Shown one piece after another: positions 1-8,340 of a stretch of 32,000 bases of DNA. Under the pieces are notes generated by a model that saw nothing but the letters and a program-made list of their open reading frames with translations, was not told the origin of the DNA and searched no databases. How positions within the stretch are numbered: the stretch's first letter is position 1; each line of letters opens with the position of its first letter. The DNA comes from Candidatus Electrothrix yaqonensis (GTDB lineage: Bacteria > Desulfobacterota > Desulfobulbia > Desulfobulbales > Desulfobulbaceae), in assembly GCA_047651235.1 (NCBI GenBank), contig CP178758.1:2790001-2822000 (forward strand), given 5' to 3'. The translations under genes were made by a program, and so were the position numbers.

Positions 1-702
1 CCAGTAATTAGTTCCATTATCCAGCATATCAGCACTGTAAGGAATATTCGTCTCACAATAGTCTCCAGTTATTGTGCCAGCTATGGGATTTGAAGCATTG
101 CTGTCTGTTCCGTAATGTATGGTGCAGCTTTCTGTATCAGCACTGACCACAACCTGTAGCAGTTGTTTCCCAGACGGATCCGGTGATACAGTTGCACCGT
201 CTGCCGGATCAGGGTCTGAAATTTCAGGGCCGTTGTCATCGTCATTCCATATAAGATCGTATTCTGTTCCTATATCAGGTTCCCCATTTACTTTTATATA
301 ATACGTCGCCCCGCCCTCAGCGTCTTCAGCTATAACTTCGAAACCGTCTGCTTCGCCTTCAGTATCTGCTATATAGACAGGAGGGTTCGGGGCTGAATCC
401 TTGTAAAGGAACAAATCTATACCTTTACCCGGTTCATGAGTATATGTCAAAGCGACAGTAACCTGTGTGCTGTTCATTCCTACCGTGATTTTATACCAAT
501 CTCCATCATTATAATACCCGGGGCCATTCAGCACGCTTAAATCTTCGCCTTCATGAGAGGTCAGATCAAAGGCTGTTGTGTAGTCATCATTCTCTTCGTA
601 ATTATCTTCCAAGGCAATGGCGACTGACGGCATTATCAGAAAAAGGAGAACAGCTAAGACTTCATATCCGAGTCGTATAGTCTTCACATTTATCCTGTAC
701 AT
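1..702 (-). CDS. Secreted protein with pre-peptidase C-terminal (PPC)-like domain; 3' end cut by the window edge; absent from the supplied ORF track
   Basis: The reverse complement of 700-702 is ATG, preceded by GGAGAAACATA (SD). Hand translation gives MYRINVKTIRLGYEVLAVLLFLIMPSVAIA (signal peptide). It continues LEDNYEENDDYTTAFDL...GDWYKITV...DLFLYKD...GGATYYIKVNG...YDLIW, which matches the PPC-domain pattern (E-x-N-D ... D-x-D-W/Y-Y-K ... Y-Y-I/V-x-V). The frame stays open for all 234 codons down to position 1. Confidence 0.6.
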   Translation of the reverse strand, partial: MYRINVKTIRLGYEVLAVLLFLIMPSVAIALEDNYEENDDYTTAFDLTSHEGEDLSVLNGPGYYNDGDWYKITVGMNSTQVTVALTYTHEPGKGIDLFLYKDSAPNPPVYIADTEGEADGFEVIAEDAEGGATYYIKVNGEPDIGTEYDLIWNDDDNGPEISDPDPADGATVSPDPSGKQLLQVVVSADTESCTIHYGTDSNASNPIAGTITGDYCETNIPYSADMLDNGTNYW

Positions 703-784
703 TATGTTTCTCCGTCAACAAAATGATATTAAAATTTTCCTCAGAAGAAGATCCTTCTGTCCGCTAACCGCAATACCTTGGAGT

Positions 785-820
785 AAAAAACAACAAAAGC
801 ATCCTCCGAACAGAGGATGC
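785..820 (-). terminator. Rho-independent terminator after the 973-1407 gene
   Basis: Perfect 8-bp stem gcatcctc (799-806) / gaggatgc (813-820) with a 6-nt loop. On the minus strand it is followed by TTTTGTTGTTTTTT (798-785). Confidence 0.65.
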
Positions 821-972
821 TGAGCTGCAGGTACTGCTGCTTTCCTTTTATCCTCCAGCCTGCAGAACACAGTACCGGCTCCGTCAGGCTTCCGATAAGA
901 TTGGCAGCAGTCTGCTGAATTGAACAGCTGCTTCGGAAGCAGACGAAACCGGTTCAGGAATGAGCAAAAGAG

Positions 973-1407
973 TCAATTCTTCCAGACACCGTTTTTAAGC
1001 TTGATTTCCTGATTCGGTTTTTTTTCAGGTCTCTCAGAAGAAGGACTGTTCTGCCGGGTGTTTTTCATGAGGCTTACCGATACGATCCGCTGTTCACCGG
1101 AGACCTCATCCTCGACCGAGGTGACAAGAACTTGATCACCGGCTTCAAACGAACTCAGTTCTGTTCTTTTACCGTATTGATCATACAGAAGGACAGAGCT
1201 GTTCACCGGAACGAAAGAATCACTGATAATAACAGCATTATTCTGAACAGAATCCACCGTGCCTGTTTCTTCTGCTGTCGCAACTTCGGTCTCTGGTTCC
1301 TCAGCAGTACTTCTTCCGGGGAGCACGACCATGACAGCTCCGAAAAGCAGCAGGGGCGATATGACTGCGGCTGTCTTTTGTAAAAAAAGTATTCTCAAGT
1401 TGTTCAT
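973..1407 (-). CDS. Small secreted hypothetical protein (144 aa), last gene of pilus module 1
   Basis: The track ORF 973-1500 is trimmed to the internal ATG at 1407, which is preceded by CCGGAGGCAACATA (GGAGG SD). MNNLRILFLQKTAAVISPLLLFGAVMVVLPG looks like a signal peptide or anchor. I recognise no family. It is followed by the terminator at 785-820. Confidence 0.55.
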   Translation of the reverse strand: MNNLRILFLQKTAAVISPLLLFGAVMVVLPGRSTAEEPETEVATAEETGTVDSVQNNAVIISDSFVPVNSSVLLYDQYGKRTELSSFEAGDQVLVTSVEDEVSGEQRIVSVSLMKNTRQNSPSSERPEKKPNQEIKLKNGVWKN

Positions 1408-1566
1408 TATGTTGCCTCCGGATTTTCTGGGGCCCGGAATCAGCAGGTCGTTATACTGCCTACCGGACTGTCTTCTCCGCAAATACCTGCGCATATACAT
1501 TGAGCAGACCGGGCCGCCCTCTGTTCAGGGGCGGCTCCTGCCTGAATCTTCGGAAAAGAAACCTGT

Positions 1567-4500
1567 TCAGTACTCTTTCCAGTAGTAAAAGCCTTTCTTT
1601 TCCTCCTTCGTCCATAATCCCTCGGTAACTCCGGCAGAACTGCTGAAGATATTCAATTCCCGGTCTGTCAGTTTATCGGGGTCATCGACCACAACAGGCG
1701 CATGAAGGATACCGTCGTAGAGTATTCCGCTTGCTGGATAAGACTTGCCATCTATATCCACCATATCCTTCTCATCAATCTTGCCGTCATGATTGATATC
1801 TATAATAATTTCATCTTGGCGACCGCCACGACAGAAGTCAAGTGCATGCACAATAGATTTTCCGCCGCCGTCACAGGGAGAGTCTCCGGGGATCAGGCTG
1901 ATGACAATGGCATTGCCGGATCGGATCATAACATCCTTGACCACCCGTTCTCCTGCCAAGGTTGCATCCTCGTCATCTTCGTCAATCTCACCGTCACCGT
2001 CGTTATCCCGTCCGTCTCGTCCGAGATCATAGGGCAGATCAAAAAACCAGCCGACATTTCCTTCACCGGAATCAGGATCATACCATTGCGGTTCGCTATT
2101 GGTCATTATCCGTATACCGTATCCCAGGCTCGTATCCCAGGCAATCTCTGTCTGCTCAAGCAGGGTCGGCTTCGGATCCTTTCCGAGCCCCGATCCGATA
2201 TCGGTCAGAACGTACTCCTTCTGAGCATCATCCCAGGCCCAGTCGCCGAGATAATCTTCCGGCTCGTCACCGAAATCCCAGATGCCGAAGAGCCCCTGCT
2301 GACTGTTGTCCCCGACATCATTTGCGCCAAGGAATTTTCCTGTACCGAAAACCACGATGTACCCCTCTTTTTCACAGTGAAAGGCGACATCAGGGGCCGA
2401 GGTGATCGGGCGCCCGACCTTAATCAGCGGTTTCGGGAGATCATGCTCTTCTGCGGAATTAACATCATTATAGTCAATCCGCCCATCATCGGAGTTATCT
2501 TTCCCGTAAAAGACGCCCCAGTTATCCGGGTTCGGGTTCCGAAGATCAAACTTCCACATATTGCCGTTCAGATCTCCGGCATAGACAAAGTCAACCCGAT
2601 CATCATTATCCACATCAACCAGGGTCGGAGAAGACAGACCGTTGTTCCCACCGGCACCTGTAGAAATTTTTCGGATCAGCTTGCCGGTCAACGCATCCAC
2701 AACATACAGCACTGCCACGCCATTTTTGCTCTGATATCCGTTGGCAAAAACGACAATCCAAGGGTGATCATCCTCCTTATACGTTTCGTTTCTGCTTTTA
2801 TAGGAGCGGGCGATAAAGGCATCCCCGTAGGTATATCCCATATCATCATCAGGCATGATCGTTTTACCGGACACAATGTTGGCCAGCACCATCTCTCCCG
2901 CTTCATCAATGATGCCGTCTCCATCATTATCAAAACCGTCGCTGTAGTTTTCATTGTCTCCGTTGTCATTTTCCTTGGGATCATCGTCTATATAGCCGTC
3001 TCCATCATTGTCAACTCCGTCATTCCGCTGATCTCCGGAAAAGGCGTACTCAATCCCGTCCGTCCCGACTGGAGGGTATTCCCACATCACCATCTTCTTT
3101 GCTGTGTCGGCTTCCCCGGAATCAGCAAATGTGGACTCAGCCGTGCTGACGTCCAAGGCGTAGATACCGCGTCCTCCCTTGTTCAGGGTGCCGACCAGCA
3201 GGGTAATGGTTTTGTATTCACCGGATTCATCAGTTTCGCCGTCTCCGTCATTATCTTCCTTGTCGGAATAGTCTTCATTGTCTCCGTTATCGGCTTCACT
3301 CACACCTGCAGGACATTCTTCTCCGTCCGTACAGCCGTCCCCGTCATTGTCTATCCCGTCTTCTGTCTGGTTACCAGCAAGAAATTTCAGCCGTTCAAAG
3401 CTCTGCCTGCCGTCAACATAGTACCTGTGCTCATAGTCAGGTTCAGCCAGTGCATCAAGATAGTCAAAAGAACGGAGCGGGACATAAGCAAAACGCTCCG
3501 TACCGGTTTCGGCATTAAAGGCATGGAGCATACCATCATTTCCGCCGACAAACAGTGTGCCGCCTGTTTCCTGCGGCTCCTCCTCATCAATTATCCCGTC
3601 ACCGTCATCATCAATACCGTTGTGCTTCTCATCATCCTCATCAATCAACTCGTTACCATCTGCATCCTTGTCATTGTCATTGTTTATCCCGTCGGAGAGA
3701 TAAGCATAATTCATGATTTCACCCTCATCAACAAGACCATCTTCATCATTATCAATGCCGTCGCTTTCCGGATTGGCCGTACTGACCAGAAGCGGCGCCG
3801 AGTGGACCAAGTCACCGAGTATTTTTTCTCTCTCCCGGAAACCGGTCACCTTTTTCCCGCGCAGATAGTCAACCAGATCGGATGCCTCCCCGGTGCTGCT
3901 TTCCATAATCTCCTGCTGGGCAGAGGACAACAGGTTCTTGTAGCGGAACGGAACGCCCTGAATTTCCTTTGTCATGTCATTGACTGTCAGGGTAAAAATA
4001 TTCCGTCCCGTGTCCCAATCCTGCATCTCCACTTTATCCTGTGCCTCCCACTTGCTGTGCTCCCGGTCAATCACGCCACTGCTCGGATCAATGGGATAGG
4101 CTGCAACATCGCCTGTCCAGTCGCCGGACGTATAGCTGGACTGATAGAGGATCAGGCCTGTGCTGAGTTCATCACCGTTCACCGATACGGAGGCGCCGGA
4201 TGCCTTGCGGCTGACAATGTCGGCAAACGTATCTTTTAAGGCGCTGACCAGGCTGTCCGGATCCTTGGCAGAGAAAAACCTTCCTCGTCCGTTGACCGAG
4301 GCATGCAGGAGATCATCTATTGTAGATGGCTCGTTCTGCTCAGGTTCAGGCCAGCCAGGAAGCAATTTTTTAGTTTCATCCTCCAGGAAATACGGATCAT
4401 CATCATATCCTATATCCGCCAGACTGATGGTGCCGTCCAGCCCGAAGGAAACACTGAAGGTCACCATGTGCTGCCGCTTGTTCTTGTCATAGTTGTTGGT

Positions 4501-6540
4501 GGGCATTTCATCAAGCAGGCTTGCCGCCAGATCGGTGTCGTAATAACGCATTGCCACGTCGGCCAATGTATTCGAGTAGTCATCAGCATAAGGAAGTATA
4601 CCAGAATAAAGAGATTTTTCTCCGTCCGCATTACCGACCTTCGGAGAACCGCCGTTCCAGAAGCCGTCGGTCATGGCAATGGCATAGGCATGCTGACAGG
4701 CGCCGCCTTGGTCTGCGGGCAGGTAGGGACAGTCTCCTATCCCTCCGTCGTCCTTGTCATCCATATGATAGTATTGGCCGACATCCTGCAGAGCTCGGCG
4801 CAGAGGGGTGTCGCCATCAGAATGAACCCGGTACAGGACATCAAGCAGCTCATTGGTCAGGTCAAACTTGCCCGAATCTACTCTTCCCTTCATTCTGAAC
4901 CGGACAGCATCGGCAACAGTGCTTGCTCCTGTACTGCGCCTGTGGCGGGTGATCTGTACAAAGTTGGTGCTTCCCCGCCCCAGATAATACGTACCGAGAT
5001 CCACCCAGTACCCGCAGCAGCCGGAACCTTCCGGATCGGTACAGTCGTCGCTTTCGGTTACAGTGCCCGATACTGCTGCTCTCTGGTTGTATTCTTCTAT
5101 TTCTTTCCCCAACCCGTGCTTAATAGTGATTCTTGCCTTCTGATCCCGGTCATCGGAACAGTTCCACCAGGCGGCAATCTCGTACAATCCCTTTTCATCT
5201 ATCTGCGGAGTAAACTTGGCCCATTGTATCTGGTCTGTAGATATTGAGCTGCCTTTCCATTCCGGTGTTTCACTGTCCTCCTCCCATTTCGCCTTCACAT
5301 GAGGGTTAAAGTGCTCAGAACCTGCATCCTGGTTGTCAATAATAATATCACCGCTTTCCTGTTGTATATTGACCGGCAGAACAGCCTGTTTCGCTCCTCC
5401 TCCCGTGCGGTTCTCATCTTCGTCCCTTCCTTTGTTGCGGACAGTGTTGCTGATATTCCGCCACAGCGTATTGAAGCCCACATACGCATTATCCATATCA
5501 ACTAAGGTGCGGGCAACAGCAGCCTTGGCTGTCAGTTCACGACGGCGGTAAAAAGAAAACCAGTTGGCAAAGTTTTGCAGATCAGCAATGTCGCTGACAA
5601 ACCCATCCGGGTTTCCGTCATTGTCATAGGTTCTGGGCTGAATGGCATCAGGCACGTCATCGCTGCCCGGATCATCCGGATCGTATTTTACTTCCGTCAG
5701 TGCAGTTACGTCTTCATGATTTTTGCTGTCATCGTTATACGAGACAAGATAATAATGACGGGTCACCTCATTCTTGTCGATGTGAATAACCCTGTCACTG
5801 TCCGTCCAGACAAGATGATCATTCCCGTTACTGTCCGTCCAGACAAAGTTGACAAGGTATACCTCATCATCGCGCTGGACTGTTCCGTCATCGTTCTGAA
5901 GTCTTCCGTCACCGTTTTTGTCATGGACCATATAATAATGGGCATTCCTGACCTCCACCGTTTTCTTCTTACCTGCCGGAAGATCAGCATACTTGGCATG
6001 CAGATTCAGGGTGGGCGTTCTCAGAATCGGATTTGAACGAGGGGTCTCCAAATCCGCATTAAAAGGAGGATAATCTCCGCCGTCTATGATTTTTTTCCCG
6101 TCAGGTCCTTCTGTATTGTCGGCCTTGTTCCAGCGCGGCCATGGTTCATACGATACAACAGGATTGTAATATATTCTGTTGTATACGGACCACTGCCCCT
6201 GCCACTCTTCGGGTTTACTTATATCACCGTTCACCTCGCCACGTTTATAAGCGTTATCCTGGAGCTCCCAGAGGTAGGAGGCACCAGCAAATTGACCATT
6301 ATTCTCCGGCACCATGAACGACCAGTCCATACTGCCCGAATTGTCCAGGACAAACATAATGTTCGGCGGCGGAGAAGCTATTCTGGTCTCCATCGTATCA
6401 TTGGTAAAATTTTCATCGTCGGCACAGACCTGACCGGCAGCTGCCGCAATGACGAACAAAGGTATCAGAAGCCGACACGCCAGCCAGCTGGCAGCGCGGC
6501 TTATCCTGTCCGCACAACATTCCGTAGTGATAGTTTTCAT
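1567..6540 (-). CDS. pilY1: Giant PilY1-like type IV pilus tip adhesin (1657 aa): split vWA domain, inserted beta-sandwich module, DNDGDG calcium-loop cassettes, C-terminal PilY1 propeller
   Basis: ATG at 6540 with SD AAAGGGGGA about 6 nt upstream. The N-terminal segment is hydrophobic. MIDAS motif IMFVLDNSGSMDW, with DTPLRRAL and AMTDG much later. NFANWFSFYRRRE resembles the PilY1 N-region motif. Propeller-type motifs GGNDGMLHAFN and VDVDNDDRVDFVYAGDLNGNMWKFDL (PilY1 calcium-site-like). It sits directly after the pilX-like gene. Confidence 0.85.
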   Translation of the reverse strand: MKTITTECCADRISRAASWLACRLLIPLFVIAAAAGQVCADDENFTNDTMETRIASPPPNIMFVLDNSGSMDWSFMVPENNGQFAGASYLWELQDNAYKRGEVNGDISKPEEWQGQWSVYNRIYYNPVVSYEPWPRWNKADNTEGPDGKKIIDGGDYPPFNADLETPRSNPILRTPTLNLHAKYADLPAGKKKTVEVRNAHYYMVHDKNGDGRLQNDDGTVQRDDEVYLVNFVWTDSNGNDHLVWTDSDRVIHIDKNEVTRHYYLVSYNDDSKNHEDVTALTEVKYDPDDPGSDDVPDAIQPRTYDNDGNPDGFVSDIADLQNFANWFSFYRRRELTAKAAVARTLVDMDNAYVGFNTLWRNISNTVRNKGRDEDENRTGGGAKQAVLPVNIQQESGDIIIDNQDAGSEHFNPHVKAKWEEDSETPEWKGSSISTDQIQWAKFTPQIDEKGLYEIAAWWNCSDDRDQKARITIKHGLGKEIEEYNQRAAVSGTVTESDDCTDPEGSGCCGYWVDLGTYYLGRGSTNFVQITRHRRSTGASTVADAVRFRMKGRVDSGKFDLTNELLDVLYRVHSDGDTPLRRALQDVGQYYHMDDKDDGGIGDCPYLPADQGGACQHAYAIAMTDGFWNGGSPKVGNADGEKSLYSGILPYADDYSNTLADVAMRYYDTDLAASLLDEMPTNNYDKNKRQHMVTFSVSFGLDGTISLADIGYDDDPYFLEDETKKLLPGWPEPEQNEPSTIDDLLHASVNGRGRFFSAKDPDSLVSALKDTFADIVSRKASGASVSVNGDELSTGLILYQSSYTSGDWTGDVAAYPIDPSSGVIDREHSKWEAQDKVEMQDWDTGRNIFTLTVNDMTKEIQGVPFRYKNLLSSAQQEIMESSTGEASDLVDYLRGKKVTGFREREKILGDLVHSAPLLVSTANPESDGIDNDEDGLVDEGEIMNYAYLSDGINNDNDKDADGNELIDEDDEKHNGIDDDGDGIIDEEEPQETGGTLFVGGNDGMLHAFNAETGTERFAYVPLRSFDYLDALAEPDYEHRYYVDGRQSFERLKFLAGNQTEDGIDNDGDGCTDGEECPAGVSEADNGDNEDYSDKEDNDGDGETDESGEYKTITLLVGTLNKGGRGIYALDVSTAESTFADSGEADTAKKMVMWEYPPVGTDGIEYAFSGDQRNDGVDNDGDGYIDDDPKENDNGDNENYSDGFDNDGDGIIDEAGEMVLANIVSGKTIMPDDDMGYTYGDAFIARSYKSRNETYKEDDHPWIVVFANGYQSKNGVAVLYVVDALTGKLIRKISTGAGGNNGLSSPTLVDVDNDDRVDFVYAGDLNGNMWKFDLRNPNPDNWGVFYGKDNSDDGRIDYNDVNSAEEHDLPKPLIKVGRPITSAPDVAFHCEKEGYIVVFGTGKFLGANDVGDNSQQGLFGIWDFGDEPEDYLGDWAWDDAQKEYVLTDIGSGLGKDPKPTLLEQTEIAWDTSLGYGIRIMTNSEPQWYDPDSGEGNVGWFFDLPYDLGRDGRDNDGDGEIDEDDEDATLAGERVVKDVMIRSGNAIVISLIPGDSPCDGGGKSIVHALDFCRGGRQDEIIIDINHDGKIDEKDMVDIDGKSYPASGILYDGILHAPVVVDDPDKLTDRELNIFSSSAGVTEGLWTKEEKKGFYYWKEY

Positions 6541-6556
6541 GCCCGTTCCCCCTTTA

Positions 6557-7165
6557 TCAGTAGCGCTTTCTATAGCCCGTTTCTATCATTTTGCTGATCG
6601 TTCTGCCTGTCATCGGGTCGTCATAATCGGCTTTCCCAATGAGCTTGAAAAAATAAAGATTCCCGGCTTTTCCCATTCCTAAGGATGAAGCCTCGTCACC
6701 TTTGACCACACCGTAGTCCAGTGCAGCCATCTCAACATCGTCTATTATTTCTGATTCTCTTCCTTTCCATATTTCTGATTCTCTTCCTTTCCATACATCT
6801 TCGTCACGCTCCATGAGTTTCTCCATAATATCAGGCTCAGATAACCATTTGGGAGCCATCGGACGTTTGGCTTTCAGCTTCTCCGGATCTTTTTCATTTT
6901 CCAGGCGCTGGCCTGACTCATTGACTGCCGCCTCGGCCTTATAAAAAAGCATTTTGGCTATGTTATCGTTACGGGCAATCTGCAGTTCGGTAACTGAAGT
7001 GCGGTTTGCGGATATACCGAGCAGGGTCAGCACGACCAGCACCATCATGCTGAGAGCAAGGACAAATCCTTCCTCATTCTCTATAAAACCGCTGCCCGAT
7101 GCATCAGGTGCGGTATGCTCAGGTTCTTCCCGAATAATTGTTTGTTCAAGTCTTTCCGGCTTCAT
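6557..7165 (-). CDS. pilX: PilX-like minor pilin / pilus assembly protein (PilX N-terminal type)
   Basis: GFVLALSMMVLVVLTLLGISANRTSVTELQIARN matches the PilX_N hydrophobic segment. The ATG overlaps the stop of the upstream pilV-like gene (ATGA, 7162-7165). It has an unusual 31-residue acidic N-terminal extension. Confidence 0.7.
   Translation of the reverse strand: MKPERLEQTIIREEPEHTAPDASGSGFIENEEGFVLALSMMVLVVLTLLGISANRTSVTELQIARNDNIAKMLFYKAEAAVNESGQRLENEKDPEKLKAKRPMAPKWLSEPDIMEKLMERDEDVWKGRESEIWKGRESEIIDDVEMAALDYGVVKGDEASSLGMGKAGNLYFFKLIGKADYDDPMTGRTISKMIETGYRKRY
6747..6794. repeat. Perfect 24-bp tandem duplication inside the pilX-like CDS
   Basis: atttctgattctcttcctttccat occurs at 6747-6770 and again at 6771-6794, identical and in frame. 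It encodes WKGRESEI twice. Confidence 0.95.
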
Positions 7166-7626
7166 ATCATTTTAACCCTCAAAAAACTGAGATTCACCTG
7201 TCGCTCACGGGCACCATACTCAACAGTAACGTCAACCTGTTTCATGCCGTCATCCACTTGATTCACTGTCCATTGAACTGATTTAATCAGGCCGTCCGGA
7301 CCGGGAGGATGAGCAAATTGTAATCTGTCAGCAAATTCCTTTAGTTTTGAATCATCGTAATTATGACACTTGTCTTTATCTTTGTGGCAATCTTCAGGTT
7401 TTGTCGCTTCCGTAACACTCAACGGCGTATCGGAATAATCTGTCTGCATCAGCTGTTCAATCACTTGGTTGGCGACCGTAACAGCATTCGTCTGCTGGTT
7501 CGCCCTGGTATTCCACCGCGCCGAATTGAACTGCATGCCATACAGTCCGAGAGAGCCGATGGCGAAAATAGCCATGGCTATTATGACCTCAATGAGAGAA
7601 AATCCGCTGTTTTTCTGATCTTTCAT
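7162..7626 (-). CDS. pilV: PilV-like minor pilin
   Basis: Prepilin N-terminus MKDQKNSG/FSLIEVIIAMAIFAIGSLGLYGMQ (class III signal, G-F-S-L-I-E). I prefer the ATG at 7626, with GAGGA 8 nt upstream. The track start at 7641 is a GTG overlapping the pilW stop and remains possible. Confidence 0.8.
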   Translation of the reverse strand: MKDQKNSGFSLIEVIIAMAIFAIGSLGLYGMQFNSARWNTRANQQTNAVTVANQVIEQLMQTDYSDTPLSVTEATKPEDCHKDKDKCHNYDDSKLKEFADRLQFAHPPGPDGLIKSVQWTVNQVDDGMKQVDVTVEYGARERQVNLSFLRVKMI

Positions 7627-7637
7627 GCTTTTCATCC

Positions 7638-8336
7638 TCACATGTTTCTGCAGTCAACCTTTATTATCTGTAGCCGGCGCCGGACGCTATCATTAAATGG
7701 TCCCGGATTCCACCAAGTTGTTTCGTCCTTCGGAGACGGATCCCAATATGTTTCTCTCAAAGTTTCATCCGAGTAGGAGGCCGGAAAATATGAATCTGTA
7801 TTAGTGTAATTGAGACTGATCCCTGATGACCTGACAAGGACTGAAATCGTCACTGAACGGATATCGCTTAACTGGCTGGAACTCGGCTCAACGGTTAACG
7901 TCCCATCCTTCAGAGTATACAAGAATTCTATATTCTCCACATTCTCAATCAGAACTCTCTTGTTGGAGGAATTTACCTCTCTGCCGAGATCATTCTGTCC
8001 GTCACTGTAACCATCATACAAATCATAATGAATTGTTTCCAATGCACCGGTTGCCTCGTTAATAACCCGGGTAAACTCAACTTCCTTCTCATTTGCCACA
8101 GTGAATCCAGCACCTGCGGTGGTATCCGGATCATACCCGGCCATTCTGAGTTCCCTGGCCATCATATCCAGCCCGGCCCGAAGATTCTGCTGCATTTCCA
8201 CGATCTGGTCCTGGGCCTGATTGATCCGCTGCTGACTGGTATACGCCGCATATATACCTGCTACAATAATACTGCTTATCGCCAGAGCGACCATTAACTC
8301 AACAAGGGTGAATCCGTGTCTGTCTGATAATCTCAT
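7638..8336 (-). CDS. pilW: PilW-like minor pilin
   Basis: Track ORF 7638-8414 trimmed to the ATG at 8336, 5 nt after the upstream stop. MRLSDRHG/FTLVELMVALAISSIIVAGIYAAYTSQQR and later LRAGLDMMARELRMAGYD are typical of PilW. The C-terminus ends in RNM, as in its paralog at 17669-18337. Confidence 0.8.
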   Translation of the reverse strand: MRLSDRHGFTLVELMVALAISSIIVAGIYAAYTSQQRINQAQDQIVEMQQNLRAGLDMMARELRMAGYDPDTTAGAGFTVANEKEVEFTRVINEATGALETIHYDLYDGYSDGQNDLGREVNSSNKRVLIENVENIEFLYTLKDGTLTVEPSSSQLSDIRSVTISVLVRSSGISLNYTNTDSYFPASYSDETLRETYWDPSPKDETTWWNPGPFNDSVRRRLQIIKVDCRNM

Positions 8337-8340
8337 GACC

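Noticed and set aside
1513..1535. GC-rich hairpin gccgccc...gggcggc between pilY1 and the small downstream gene as a terminator
   Set aside because: There is no U-tract on either strand after the stem, so it is not a canonical intrinsic terminator. It is mentioned only as a possible RNA structure.
1702..4239. 845-aa plus-strand ORF (and further plus-strand ORFs at 4303-5247, 5575-6036, 1962-2405) inside the pilY1 region
   Set aside because: These are antisense shadows of the 1657-aa minus-strand gene. The translations are low-complexity I/V/R-rich strings with no motifs, produced by reverse-reading the GAT/GAC/AAT-rich acidic codons. The minus-strand frame carries clear vWA and PilY1 motifs, an SD and a signal peptide.
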